DNA of 59,876 bases, filler included, from Catajapyx aquilonaris (GCA_000934665.2; 3 parts of 3 records of this genome joined end to end with filler, not necessarily neighbours in it); one strand, 5' to 3'; counted from the first letter of the whole stretch, positions 39,101 to 52,725 are shown. Made by a program: numbers and translations. The notes: generated by a model from the sequence alone, not told the origin.

Positions 39101-40876
39101 CAGTGTTTTCGTGCGTTGCCACAACGCTGGGTCGGTTTTACATACAGTAATTTCGGAGTGGATATCGAGGAAACGGTGCGTTCTGTGGTCCATAAAATTC
39201 TAAGGTTCGTAAAAAGGGTATGCTTGGTATTCCACCATGATAGGTAAAAGTTTTTCCCAGGAAGAAGTGGCCTGAGGCAATAAATCCCGACTTTTTTTTC
39301 CCCCCTTGTATATCGCGTTTCCGGAATAAGCCAGGACCTTTTGGAAACTGCTTTTCTGGGGGAGAAATTATTTGGAAAGAATCCTGTGGGCAGGTGTAAA
39401 CGCCCCCTTTTTGGAGATTGTGGTTCGGGTTGACTTTAGTGGGTCAGATGGGATGGAAAAAAAGGGCGTGGCTGCCCCCTGAGGTCATCGTTTTCAGCTA
39501 TAGCGGCGGTCAAGCTAATGAGTTCGCTTGAATTCTCCAGTTGCATTTTGTACGTGACGGGATATAAAAATGGCAGGGTCTCACATTGCACATATGGGCA
39601 AGCGGTTTTTTTTTTTTATTTCGCAGGAAATCTATCGAGAGCTGATAAAACTCGAGCCCGAATCGGGATCTGATATCATATCCTTTCCATGGCAACCTTT
39701 TTTTTTAACGTTAGCAGGCTGGCAAAAATGCAGATTGGCGACCATAAAAGCAAAAGAGCCGGTTCCTCGGACAATTGCTTGCAACTTGCCCCACTTATTC
39801 CTCCAAATGTATGGTCATTACAATTATTAAATGGGCTGGTTTTGCTGTACCCCCGCACGCCTGATTTGTTGGTCCCATCCGATAATCACGTCGATACGCC
39901 TCGAAATATTTGATTACACACCNNNNNNNNNNNNNNNNNNNNNNNNNNNNNNNNNNNNNNNNNNNNNNNNNNNNNNNNNNNNNNNNNNNNNNNNNNNNNN
40001 NNNNNNNNNNNNNNNNNNNNNNNNNNNNNNNNNNNNNNNNNNTTTTTTTTTTTTTTTTTGACCCGGGGGGCTATGCATCGGTAGCGTGTAACATCCCGGC
40101 AAAAATCGTGACTCTGGTTTTGTATACGCGCATTCTACATATTTACTAGCTTTTCAAGAGAGATGCGGTTTTGTCAACCGCAGCCGGAGGGTTTTTTTTT
40201 TTTTTTACCACCTGCGGAGGTGGAAATAACGAATGATGGAACCGTCGCGGAAGAATGCGTCGCTATTGTAGGTTGTGGCCGAATAGATTCGCACATGTCC
40301 CCCCTAGGGAAAGTCTGTGTGAGACGGGTCGAGTAGGTAGAGAAAACACATGTTTCCCAACACATCCATCCAAGGTTGGGACAAGCTGTAAATACAGGCG
40401 TTGGGCATAATCCCTTCGTAAGCGCCTGAGCCGTGCTAAGGTTTGTTCCTTGGTTAGATCCGGAAATAGGCGCCGGCGTTTACGCCTATTTATATCTGGA
40501 AAGGATAGGGTGAGGAGGTAGGGCGGGATATGAGAGAAAAAAAAAGGAGTAAAGAGAGGACAGTCTTGACACGGTGGATGTTTGGAAGTGGGCCCGAGAT
40601 GGTGGGCCAACGCCCTCCAGCCGCTTCTTTTTGGGGCCAATGCCTCCTAGCCCGCCCCATTTTTCCTCTCCAACCTCGCGCGGCTCGCGGGGATCTAAAA
40701 TTGTAGTTGCACAAGTATGTTGTAAGTGAACCCTAGCGTTATTCACGCTACGATTTGTGCACTTTTTTTGTTGCATCAGGGGGCCCCTCCCGTGCCGCGC
40801 TTTTTAGGCGAAAATAAAAATACCGGACTGGTTTAGAAGCCGGGCGTTGATGGGTTTCGTTTTTGTACATTTTCAG

Positions 40877-41071
40877 AAGGTGCAGAGCTCCATCCAAGCC
40901 CAGGGGAAAGTGATCCGATCGGTGGTGGGGCTGAGCCAGAAGAGGCAACGGGAGGAAGGGGCCAACTGCCCTCGAGCCGCCCGGGCTTTGGAACGCCGCT
41001 GGCAGCAACTCTGCCTGCGGTCCCTGGAGTGGCAGCTGCACCTGGACACCCTTCTGCAGAAGGCATCCAAG
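40877..41071 (+). CDS. klar: klarsicht-like exon
   Basis: TTTTCAG acceptor, KVQSSIQAQGKVIRSVV...ARALERRWQQLCLRSLEWQLHLD (klarsicht-type LERRW/SLEWQ motif), donor AAG|GTAAGG, 195 nt. Confidence 0.88.
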
Positions 41072-44000
41072 GTAAGGTATCCGCATCCAAATCGATGGGG
41101 GAGGGCTGTCGTGACTGGATATATTGTTGTGGGTGCACGTTACGAGTGATTGATGGCAAAGAGTGCCACCGGAATGATACCTACACGTGACCTTCTTTTA
41201 CATTGCGGAAAAAAGTGTGATGCGAAACTGCTGAAGCGGGGAAGCTCGTTACGGTACGGTGCATCTCGCCTTGTACGCGTGCACATAGTTTGCATGTTGC
41301 GGGCCGATTTCAAATATAGCTCCGGCACTTCGTGCCAATCAGCGGCGCCTTGTAACATAGTGGCAGGTGTTTTGGAAAATACTGCCCCGACCTGGGTCAC
41401 ACGGAGGTATCCGGAACGGCGGCGGCATTAAAATTTTCTCGGGCAGTTTTCATTCCGACGGTCGCGGTTGGAAGGAGCAAAGGTTTTCCCGTTACTATAC
41501 CACTACCTGCAAGAGAGATTTCGGCGGTAAAGACAGGTTCTCATGCTGGCCATAGTGCGGCCAATTTCCTATAGCTGGAGGGTGCTGGGGGGGAGGAGGA
41601 GGAGGAGGAGGAGGGAGGAAGAAAATGAGTTGACGCCAAGGAACATTTGGGGAAAAAATGTGGACGGCCCATCTCCTCGCTCGACCGACCGCGCAAATCT
41701 CCTGGACACGGGCAGGGGGGGAAAAAAACAACATACAACAAAGAAGGAAAAAAGAGCAGAAAAGGTTGGCTGCATGATTCGCGTGAACGTGACGTCACCG
41801 CCCATTTCAATTATTCGCCGCAAAAAGAATGCCGTTTGCAGCGGCGGATTGGTCGACTGGGAAGGATGATGGGATACGCCCTGTAAACACGGTTTCTGCA
41901 AGCTCATCCGTATCGTTAGAAGGGGGGCTCGAATTAAAGGAGGCTCCTCGTAATGCATTGCCACCGTGTCTTTGGCCTGTTCGCATGTAGCAACGCTATT
42001 ACAGTACCCCCCAGGCCCGCAGGTAGGACTTGTATTTTGACTCGGGGCGAGCCGGGCTTTTTTTACCTATTTGGCAGAAGAGTTTTTCTGGGCTATTTAC
42101 AGGGATCATTGCTCCTTTGCCCTGTGTCATGTAGGTGGAGGGGCAAACTAGTTCTATCGGCGACTCAGAGAAACACACATTGTCCGGTGGAGGTGTTGAA
42201 TGCAATTGATCCAGTGGGGAGGCCCAAATAAAACCTGGCCGATGACAAAAGGGGTAGGCACGTCATGTCCCTGGCGCCGCGGTAATGATACGGCGTCGGG
42301 CGGGCTCTTGGGCCATAAAGGTGAGCGAAGGGAATAAGTCTGGCAAATGGGAGTAACCTTTTTCCCAAACAGTGGTGATGAGTAGTATAAATGGGTGGCA
42401 TGCGTGCGGCGCCAGCGGGCTTTTGACCGTCCGGCTTCGATCGCTGCGGCTCCACCACTCCTTTCTCAGGGGCGGAGGTGAGACCACAAGAAGAATAATG
42501 CAGTCATCGATTTGCCCCGTGTGCTGCTTCCGCCCCCCCNCCCCCCCCCCCCCTTTAAAATGACATGTGTAGCCCGAGAGTAAATTGGGCAGCATGAGGC
42601 CTATGAGCCGCACGCGGTATCGATACCCGAGGTCACCGGCAGCAATCAGCTCGCAGTACGCAAAATTCGTGATCTAATGTGCGCGTGCGGTGCTTTTTGA
42701 TCGACAGGCACTTGGCAATTGCGTGATGACTACCATCACTGCCCTGAGCTAATTGTCCTTAAAGGGCGTATGGTTTTATAAGAATTAGCTGGGTTGCAAA
42801 ACGTGGTCGGTAACCTCCCAACATCCGGGGTCTTTTAAAACCGTGCCGTTACTTAATTCGGGTGTGATCGTAAAAGAAGAGAAGGTACCGATGGCTCCTT
42901 TCACATGAGTGCGAAAAATGCCAGGCGCCTGGGGCCTCAGGAATGTTATTTACGCCCTATTGTTCCAGTGATGGTGAGGGTGGAGGGGACATGGGGAAAA
43001 GGGGGAGGCAATTGTGCAAGGAGTATAATTATCCTTCCTCCACCCCCCCCNNNNNNNNNNNNNNNNNNNNNNNNNNNNNNNNNNNNNNNNNNNNNNNNNN
43101 NNNNNNNNNNNNNNNNNNNNNNNNNNNNNNNNNNNNNNNNNNNNNNNNNNNNNNNNNNNNNNNNNNNNNNNNNNNNNNNNNNNNNNNNNNNNNNNNNNNN
43201 NNNNNNNNNNNNNNNNNNNNNNNNNNNNNNNNNNNNNNNNNNNNNNNNNNNNNNNNNNNNGTAGGGGGGGGGGGGGGGGGGGGGGAGAAAGCAAGAGTTT
43301 GCTGAGACAATTCGTCTTTGTCCCTGGCGGCGAAAATATTCGCGGCATTCAAGACTGGAGTGTTTGATATGAAGGCAGGCGTCAAGTACGAGTGACTTGA
43401 TGGCATCCGCTTATGGGCCCGGAGGAGGTCATTGACGCAAAGGTGTCAGGCACCGCCTGGGTTATGCTAATGTCACTTTCGTAGGGGGGACATGGCCAGT
43501 CAACGACCGGAACAGCGTGAAGTTAAGAATCGCTTGATCCAAAACGTCGTTAACGAGTGTTGAATCTGGAGATAAGGGCCATGGGAGGATGTGGGCAGGC
43601 TGTTAAGTTGTCATTGCACTGTGGTGGAACCAACTCCGTGAGGGAGGTCTCGTCTTTTTTTTATATCGGGTGTTACGTCAAGTAGCTATTCGCTGGCGGT
43701 TTTGTATGGCGTGCATGATCTTATATCTGACAATTTCTGCAACGGCCTGCTTCATATTCCCTGTCGGGCAGATCCAGCTGCACGTGGAACTTGAGAGGGT
43801 AGTCATTGGAGTGATTTTATGAAACTTCGCACAATGCAATTGTGGCAAAGTGCATGAAAGGAAGGAAGCACATGCCAGAAAATTTCATTGCCCACTTCCT
43901 GCAGCTTTTGCTTTTGTTCTTTACTCGATGTTCATTACCACATGAGAAAATGTGACTGAGGAGGGCCCAGAACTGTTTTGCTGCTGCCCCACAATGGGTC

Positions 44001-44132
44001 TTGTCAGGCACACTCAAAGGGCACTTACGACCGTGATTTATTTAGTACACCCTCCCTTTTTTGTTAACCCCGGTCCTTGATATGTGCCCAATCATAATGA
44101 ACCCAGCCTGATCTTTCAATTTCCTCTTGCAG

Positions 44133-44738
44133 GGTCTTCCCCTGGTGAGCTTGGGAGGCTCCCTGAGTGACGAGGATGGCCCCCTGAACAAGTACCCCCG
44201 CCTGGGAAGCTTCTCCAAACCTCCTGCGACGGGGGATGAGACCGACACAGACGACGAAAACGACTCCATGGACGTGACTTCCTCTTGGGACGAAAACAGT
44301 GCAATGCCATTACTGGAGAATGGGTCTGGAGGCGAGGAAGATGGCGGTTCAGTTGCCACCACGGCACTATCGTGGGAGGCGAACCCAAGCTCTCTTCCCA
44401 ACTGCTCCTTGTACTATTTCCAACACCTAGACACAGACTCGGAAGCAGAGCCCATCAAGGCTGCCTGCTTGCCGGTTGACCACTCGACTCCCATACATTC
44501 AACGACAAAGGAAGTGGGAAACATGGGCATAGGTGCAAGGATGAGGCTTAATTTTGAGGACGAGGAAGAGAAAGAGGACATGATACAACGGCTGGTGGAG
44601 GAGGCAGAGACGCTGGTGAAGGAAGGTGGTGTGGTGAGCATTAGTCGCCGGGCCAGGGTGAAGGAATGGCTTGGGCGTCACCAGGAGAAAGACTCAGCAG
44701 CAGCATGTGCTGCCAGGCGGAGGCCTGATGCAGTTCAG
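44133..44738 (+). CDS. klar: klarsicht-like exon
   Basis: CTCTTGCAG acceptor, 606 nt open, SDEDGPLNKYPRL, YYFQHLDTDSE, IQRLVEEAETLV, RVKEWL; donor CAG|GTTGGT. Confidence 0.85.
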
Positions 44739-45514
44739 GTTGGTATTAGTCCTGTTAAGAAATGTGCACTGTTTCAGATGAGAGCAAAGGTCCCATATAT
44801 TTTACAGAAATGATTTTATATTTTCATGAAGGAAGCTCACTTGTAATTTGTTCTAGTTCACACTCATGCATTTGTTATGCCATGACATAGCCACAGTTGG
44901 CTTTTACACCATAAACGCCAATCAAATTTGTCAGTGAAAGTCACCATAGGGATAAAATTGTGCTCCCTAGTGCTGATAGTTGTACCTAAGTATCACCAAA
45001 CATTTGGATGGCAACACCGAAACTTGGCTGAGTTGTGTTATAATTAATATATCAGAATTTCCATCGGCATTGCATGGAACTATGTCATAGGATATTCATA
45101 TGCAAGCTACTGATAGCTGCTGGCTTTAATTGTACCTTAGGTTCTTGTCAAGCACAAGCAACCATATTAAGTGGTCATTATTTTAAGCACAGAGATAATT
45201 GTGTCCAAGGTGGTTCTGGATGCTTGACTGTTGTGTTGATAAGCAAGGGCAATTGTCTACTATGGGAAATAAAAATGAAAATTGTTGAAGAATGGCATTC
45301 TGAAGGGGCTGTATAACTAAGCTGGAATGTCATGTAATGATAACACTCTTTTGTGGTTAGATATTGTACCACATACTATCTGAGGCAATCTGAGCATTCA
45401 TTTGGCAGTTATTTCAAGGTTGATACAAATAATAAATTACATCATTGTAAAGTAACACTTACAAAATGCAGCGTGTCTGGATTCTAGCTGGGATCAAGGA
45501 AAGTAAGGCATATA

Positions 45515-45938
45515 CAGGGTGTATCTGAACTCAGTGCCCCGACGTATATGACTGCCTTCCTAGCCACCAGAGGATCGATTTAAGTATAGGAATCATATGT
45601 CTGGGCAGCCTCATTACTGAGATACACTCTTTAGCGATTTTTGCCTAATCGCTCCTTCTGACTTTTAAATAGAATTTTCTGGTGTAACTAGCCAAAGAGG
45701 CCTTACCACCTGTGGGCAACAAACCAGCAAAGTCCGGCCCCCAGACCTTCCAGAGCCTTCTGACTGGGGAAGGGTTCGATGGGTGGCCTAACCGACAGGA
45801 TATTTTGTACTACATGTTTGCGGCCAATTATCTCCATAATGAGGCTGCCCAGACATATGACTCCTATACTTAAATCGATCCTGTGGTGGCTAGGAAGGCA
45901 GTCATATACGTCGGGGCACTGAGTTCAGATACACCCTG
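45515..45938. mobile_element. Tc1/mariner-type MITE with about 100-bp TIRs
   Basis: TA-CAGGGTGTATCTGAACTCAGTGCCCCGACG... and a near-perfect reverse complement ending ACACCCTG-TA. Confidence 0.9.
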
Positions 45939-48057
45939 TATCCTCACCTGGTGCCTATCTCGTGACCTTCATGCAATGTGATTCCAAGCATAGAGGGTAC
46001 TAATTGTTTTATTTTGGGACACTTGATAGAGGAAGTGATGATGCAACTTAAGTTAGGTGGGGAATTGCCACTGCAGGTGTCACTTGAAATGGCAAAGGTG
46101 CAGAAGTAGTAGCGCATGAAAATTTCGCAGCACTGAAGTTTCAGTAACCAATGTGCCCTGCACTATACACGGCACGACGGCACTGAGGACCAAGGTTACG
46201 GCAGTACCAAACTGTTGGTGGCCAGACTTTCATTTTGGTATTTCAGATATCCATATGCAAATAATTTTGGCAACTAAATCAATGCCTGTGGCAAGTTGAA
46301 CCAAGATGAATAATAATGCAGCCCATAATATCAAATGCTTTCTGTGAAGTGAACAGGATGTGGTCACAGGGAAAAAACCAGATGAGAGGTTGAGTCCAGT
46401 AGAATCAAAATGATCCGTGACAGTCAACCAACCAAAACATGCACCGAAGATTGGATGTGACCCTTCCGGTAACTGTATTGATACAAATAATCAGAATGAA
46501 TGTAGGGAAGCTCAGACTACTATTGATTGTAAAGCACCATTTTGCCTTGCTTTCATGTTGGGTTTCCTCTTTATCAAGGCTGGCATCTACATGTCACCCC
46601 TACGTACCAAAAGTAATACTGCACAGTTGTCTACTTAAACTGTTCTACACGTATAGTTGTCGGAATGGATAGCAATGTGTCATACATTCTACAGTGCCAT
46701 GGGAAAGAAGCTGTGAGGTTGTAACTTTTTGTTGCAGACTAACTGACTGAACATTTGCCATCTTGCACAACACCTGCTTTGCTTACTTTATGATCTGTTA
46801 TGGGATAAGAGATCATAAATACCCCTCAACTAGTCACATTCTGCTACTTAAGAAATTATCAGACTTATCGAACTCTAATGGAATGCGGATTGTTGTGAGG
46901 TCCCCTCTCCGTCACAATGTGTCCATGAACGCTAGCACACTATTTCCTCAGCAGGCAAATGTGTTGAACTTCCCTGATGAAAAGCTCATGACTAGGAGCT
47001 TCCTCGATGTCTTGTAGGAAATATGTTGCATGCACTAGGGTACAGCACATTTTCTGGGATGGACATCCCCAACGTAACATTGGTCTCAAAAGATGCCCCA
47101 GAGCAGCTTACACTTTTAAAATGACTGGAGAAAGAATATGTGCCTCATGTATCAACGCTGATATTTTTGTCATTGTTTTAGTAAGGCTGTGCGGTTCTTA
47201 GTGTTTCAGCCGTGGTGTTTCCATGGCTTTGTTTTCACGTGGAACTTGTGGAAGGGTGTAGCCTCAAGTATAGCAATGTGGTTTTGAGTGCAGGATGAAA
47301 AAGTGAAGGTAGCTGGGCATTACTGCAATGAAACCTACTTTACCGAACTAATGGGACATAATAGTGGGTTGCGGGCAGGACTGAATGGCAGTAATTATAG
47401 TTGAATCGGTATGGGAGTTTCACTGAATACTCAGTGGGTGACAACTTTCTTTTTTATGTGGTCTTCCCTTTTGCTAGCTACACCCCACTTTTGTTAGGTT
47501 GGCTCTAAACATTGCTGCAATAATAAAACATTTTTCATCTTCTGGGTGTTGTCGGTGTGACATTTCTTGCCGAGGAGGATATTATTTGAATTTATTTTGC
47601 CATGAGCAATTGTGGCTGAGTGAAGTTCATTTTGTACACAAGAACAATATGATACTGGAGAGAAGGGTCTTGTATTTGTTGTTGCCAGGTAGTGATGATC
47701 TATTGTGTATGGGTTGTTTAGCACGACAATGTTGAGCGCTAATGTCAATATAATGTCTTCAGAGGTACGTTAAGGCTAGGTCATTATTATAATGGGTTAT
47801 TTGTTTGCTGCTTAAGTCTTGACCATAAAATCCTGAAGTTGAAAAAGGTGGAGCATTTTTAGCTTGCCATGTCGATTTCTGGTAAGCCTTTACTGGCCAT
47901 TTACAGGATTTTCAAAACAGTTGTGAATGTCATTCAAAGGAACATTATTGCTAAGCAGTGTGGTGCACTCTTCCTTCTGTTAATACTACCTTCCCCCTCC
48001 CCAGCCAAGGCTGTAAGCTAAGCACGACAAATTTTCAAAACTGATCGACAGGCTGCT

Positions 48058-48233
48058 TACTGTACAGTGTTGGACATTAATCATGTCATACTGCTAGCGA
48101 CATTTTCCAAAGTGGCAGAAGAATGAATCTTGCTTGCACGGCTTGCACTATCCATTGCTTCGATTCGTTCTTCTGCCGTTTCGGAAAATGTTGCTAGCAG
48201 TATGACGTGATTAATGTCCAACACTGTACAGTA
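48058..48233. mobile_element. Hairpin MITE
   Basis: About 70-bp arms TACTGTACAGTGTTGGACATTAATCA... / ...TGATTAATGTCCAACACTGTACAGTA. Confidence 0.8.
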
Positions 48234-48250
48234 TTTGCTAAGTAGAGTAC

Positions 48251-48409
48251 AGTCGGTTAAAGGATTTCCTTACCACATGAGGCGAAGAAATTAGCCTCCA
48301 ACAGAGGTGCTGCCTCCCCCTGATGCAATGACTGGCACTCCCCTAGCTAGCACCTCTGTTAGAGGCTAATTTCTTTGCCTCATGTGGTAAGGAAATCCTT
48401 TAACCAACT
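48251..48409. mobile_element. Hairpin MITE adjacent to the previous one
   Basis: About 60-bp arms GGTTAAAGGATTTCCTTACCACATGAGGC... / ...GCCTCATGTGGTAAGGAAATCCTTTAACC. Confidence 0.8.
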
Positions 48410-48964
48410 ATGTTTCTCATGAGAGTTAGAAAAGATTAATCATTATGATGATGAATTTAAGAAACTTGTGAACACCTAACCGAAGGAAAGGCTTGCCCTT
48501 TGCTTGCAGATAAAATTGGCTGACATTTGACTTTGGCCTGATTTAACCGTTAGTCCATGCTTGAAACACTGTTTTGTGAATCTAGGACATTCCTGCCCAT
48601 ACCAAATTAATAGAAATGTGCCCCACAAACTCACTGAATGCTGGCTTCCCAAGTATTCTACTTATTTATGGGAATAAACAAATTTTGCCTGTCAGCAGAA
48701 TATTTTCTACTATAATGATATACAAATAAAAAATTGCAGCATTTTACATTTTGATATTAGCCATTGCATAATAGAGTTGATATGTAATCAGCTTCAAATT
48801 TGATTGTGTATGGCCCCAACACCTGCTGCCCTAATTGATCATCCCTGGCAAGGACATCTTGATGACACAATTTGAGTACTTGATTAAACAAGCTGAATAT
48901 TCTAGTGTCTGTTCCAGTCCATTACTTGATGCTAAATGAACTTATGGAAGACATCTATCCCCAG

Positions 48965-49463
48965 ATTGCCTACAGCTGTGATGCTAGCGCTGAGTCCACC
49001 ACCACTTCTGAAGATGATGAGGATGTGTCTGAGGGTGGCTCCACCTGTCGCCAGTATGGGGAGGGAATAGCGGGCGGGGTAACACCACCAGACTTGGAAG
49101 ACCCCCCAGTGGCACTTCGATCACGAAAGAGGTCCACCCGAGAGCGACCCAAGAGCTACCATGAGGCATCATGGCAGTTCAGAAATGGTGTCACCCCTAG
49201 TTCTGCCTCATCTGAATCTGCTCTTCACCAGCTACTGTCCCCAGGACAGCTGCCGTTATCTCTGTCTTCTTCAACTTCCACACTGCCACCTACACCACAG
49301 AAGGGAGGAGGAGCATCCAGGAGGAAGGTGAAATCTAGGAGGAGGGTAGCTGCTAAAGAAAGCAATGGAGTATTCCTTTCACCTAAGGAGAAGTCAAGTG
49401 GCTCAGCCAGTGAGGGAGGAAAGGTGGCTGGTACCCGGATGGTCAAGTCGAAGTCATTCTCAG
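48965..49463 (+). CDS. klar: klarsicht-like exon (Ser-rich)
   Basis: CCCCAG acceptor, IAYSCDASAESTT, SSSESALHQL, VKSKSFS; donor CAG|GTGAGA, phase 1 matching the next exon. Confidence 0.85.
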
Positions 49464-49953
49464 GTGAGAATTGTAAATGTGGCAATTTTTCATGGGTTAT
49501 AATGTGCAATTATTGTTTGTTTTCCTATGTGTAATTAGAGCCAGATTTGAATAGTGTATTGTCAATCAAGGGGAGTGATTAATCTGAATGCAACACCTTC
49601 ATCACATCTATGTGTTGCCCCAGCAAAACCTATCACTAGTGTGGCTAGTGATGCTACAAACAAGGCATCACTAGCGGCTGTTTTAGGTCTGCATGTAAAA
49701 TTGCCAAATGCAAGCACAGGGTTGTCTGTATGAGTGCACAATGGCTCTGAAATCTCCATAAGATGCAGCTTCCTTGTATATGTAGTTACACCTAGTGTTC
49801 TACATTCAAGCTTCAAAGCACGGTCTCTTCAAAAGAAGTGCTGACTCACCACCTCTCTAAATGGCATCCACCATCTCATCCCAAAAGTAATGATTTAGGT
49901 CAATAATATTTGCAGAATATATGAAGCTTCACGTAAGAAAAAAAAATCTTATA

Positions 49954-50220
49954 CGAGGGTTGTCCGATAATTATTGGCAACACTCTTACCACTCGGCACC
50001 CCAGGCTGCCAGGACCAAATGTGGATAGGTACTTTTAGAGTCGGCCCTGGGGAACCCTACGCTACCATTTGCTGCTGATGATCGAAGCTTTCCATGAATA
50101 TGGAAAAATGTCATAAAAATAGCTGGGGACTACACAGTGGTAATGTGAAATGTTCATGTGTGTACCCATACTGGTATGAAAATTACAGCATTGTTGCCAA
50201 TAATTATCGGATGACCGTCA
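49954..50220. mobile_element. Mariner-type MITE
   Basis: TA-CGAGGGTTGTCCGATAATTATTGGCAACA ... TGTTGCCAATAATTATCGGATGACCGTCA-TA. Confidence 0.8.
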
Positions 50221-50468
50221 TAATATCACCAGCTAGGAATTTTAGTGGAGATTCATCCCAGGTTTCCAACTGGGGCCATTTTGTAATGTAGCAACGTATG
50301 ATTTTTCCTCAAGAAATAAGATCTCGTAAAAACAGCGTATCCAGAATTTTTAAGAGCAGAAAGAGATTATTTTGGGCCTGTAGGGTGTATGTATACCCAT
50401 AACTGCAACCCATTTTGAGATGCACCACGCTTCCTTCCTTCCTTTTTCTTCCTTTGCACAGGAACAAT

Positions 50469-50472
<4 letters not shown>

Positions 50473-50503
<31 letters not shown>

Positions 50504-50570
50504 NNNNNNNNNNNNNNNNNNNNNNNNNNNCTCTCTCTCTCTCTCTCTCCCCCTCTCTCTCTCTCTCTCT
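50473..50570. repeat. (CT)n microsatellite spanning a short N gap
   Basis: Seen directly. Confidence 0.9.
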
Positions 50571-51331
50571 CCCCCTCCCCCCCATCTCCCACCCATCTCC
50601 CACCCACCTACAGAGTGCAACACTGTGCCCTTCATCTATTACTTACATCACATTTACATCACTAGCCTCATTGCCAGATTGACTTTGTAAATGCTCCTCC
50701 CAGTTCATTGTTTCCTTACCAACACTGCAGGTGCCTATTTTCATGAATGCCAATTTATAAAGTGCTATTGCTAGTTATAGGACAAATGAAGACCTCGGGG
50801 GAAGAATGATCAAGGTCCACTCTTTGTCAAAAATTAGCTTTATCCATATCTCAGAAGATAGCTTCACTAGTGTAGAATATTATGGTGTGGTTGTGGAGTA
50901 GGGGAGACCGGGGCACGGTGGCTGCAGAGGTACAACGACACAGTCAAATTTGGGAAGCTGCTATTAGGTTCACGGACCTGATACGTATGTGGTAGGTGCA
51001 GATAGACATGATCCACCATTACATCCTAGTGTATTTCGATTCAATCGCAAAAGATTGTCAGCGACAGCACCAATTTTTTTTAGTTTTCAACCGTCTGAGT
51101 CAATTTCCATTTTTCATTTGTTTTTTGTTTTTCTTTCAATGGAAGTGCTAGGACACTGAGACCAATAATGAGTTTGTAAGGCAGAATATCTGCCTGCATA
51201 AGACAGCATTTATTTGTCACTCATGAATAGGAGGGCTCGAAAGGTCCAAAAATGCCCGTCCGGCATGACGGCACATGTGTCTACCAACCTTGGGGGACCA
51301 TGGCCTCTCCCCTGTCACTCATTAGGCTGGA

Positions 51332-51453
51332 ATCTTGCATGAGTATGGGAAAAAAGTATCTGACATCACGGTCAACTCCAATTGGATGCATCCAGCCAAT
51401 CGGAGTCGACCGTGACGTCAGAGCCGGCCACTTTTTCCATACTCGCGCAAGAT
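51332..51453. repeat. Imperfect hairpin (MITE-like)
   Basis: ATCTTGCATGAGTATGGGAAAAAAGT...TCACGGTCAACTCCAATTGG pairs with CCAATCGGAGTCGACCGTGA...ACTTTTTCCATACTCGCGCAAGAT. Confidence 0.7.
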
Positions 51454-51540
51454 GGTGGCCGTTATTGTAATATCTTTGTAACATCTTTGGATATTAATCA
51501 GTAATTCATATGGAAGTGATTTTCATATATTTTAATAAGA

Positions 51541-51747
51541 CAGGAAACACAGTGGTGGAGTGGTTAGCGCCACAGCCTTCCACCTCTAAGGTCCCGAGTT
51601 CGATCCCTGGATCGGACAGAGGATACTTATGTGAATAGAGCTTTGATGGGTTCTCTCCGTGTTCGCGTGGGTTTTCTTGGGGTTCTCCCGTTTTTCCTCC
51701 CACTATCAAAATCCATCACAGCAAAGGCAATGATTAAAGTCGGTTAA
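51541..51747 (+). mobile_element. tRNA-derived SINE (family C) with V-domain-like core
   Basis: A box TGGTGGAGTGG and B box GAGTTCGATCCC, then GTTCTCTCCGTGTTCGCGTGGGTTTTCTTGGGGTTCTCCCGTTTTTCCTCCCAC. Confidence 0.75.
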
Positions 51748-51976
51748 TTAAAAAGATGATCCTCTGAAAAGCCCAAGGAGGCTTATCACATATCCATATA
51801 ATTTAATAAGCCTTGCCTTAGCTTTTATTACTGTGCCTACGTGCCCCATGCCTTGTGCCATCGTGCCCAGGGGAAGGGGTATGATGGCACAAATGCATAG
51901 ACTTTTAAAAATATTTCTAGTGGATAGCATGTGAAATGGATAGTGGACTCAAGCATGTGAAAATATCACATAATAT

Positions 51977-52618
51977 ACCGAAGCAGTTTGGTGGAGTGGA
52001 TAAGGTGTTCGACTGCTAATCGGGAGGTCCTGGGTTTGAGTCCCGGGGTCGGCAATACTGATCGTGGTTTTGTGTGGTTTCCCACGGTCCCGCCAGGAGA
52101 ATTCCGAGATTGCTTCCTAAATAATAGGCCACAGCCGCTTCCTTCTGTCCCTATCCTATCCCAAAAAGCAAAGTAAAAATGAAAGCAAAGAGTTCCAGTC
52201 AAAACAAAATTGGGATGAACTCCCCTGCTAAAGAGTCACCGGCTGATAACGGGGTATGAATTATTATTATTTAAAAAAAAAAAAAAATCCTGGGGTAGTG
52301 CTTTCACCCACAAATGGGGGTATATCACACGGACCTTTATTTTATTATTGTACATTGGTGCCTATTCATTGAAGCGCCCGGGCCCACGGGCAGGATGACA
52401 GGAGGGGATGTGCAAAGTGCAGTGCGCGGACTGTTATGGGTACATTTTGTGAACTCCCCCGGGTAGTTTAGTCTAAGGAAATACCACCCGAGAAGAAGCC
52501 AGAGATGACCTAAACGCTGTACGAGATGAAGCGGGTGTCCCCAGGCTGGGATCGAACCCGGGACTTTAACATCCGTGGGAGCGTATGTTACCGCAGCGCC
52601 GCTCCGCCTCCCCTAAGA

Positions 52619-52652
<34 letters not shown>

Positions 52653-52685
52653 TTATTATTATTCTTATTACTCTTATTATTCTTA

Positions 52686-52725
<40 letters not shown>
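51977..52725 (+). mobile_element. tRNA-derived SINE (family B) with long (ATT)n tail, interrupted by a family A copy
   Basis: A box TGGTGGAGTGG, B box GGTTTGAGTCCC, 10-bp TSD CACATAATAT at 51967-51976 and 52726-52735. Confidence 0.8.
52272..52613 (-). mobile_element. tRNA-derived SINE (family A, copy 2)
   Basis: Clearly homologous to 32628-32955; TSD TA(T/A)GAATTATTATTATT at 52255-52271 and 52614-52630. Confidence 0.9.

Noticed and set aside
38292..43406. Many 60-145 aa ORFs in the GC-rich klarsicht introns
   Set aside because: Expected by chance at this GC content; no recognisable domains or consistent splice phases; several are inflated by N runs.
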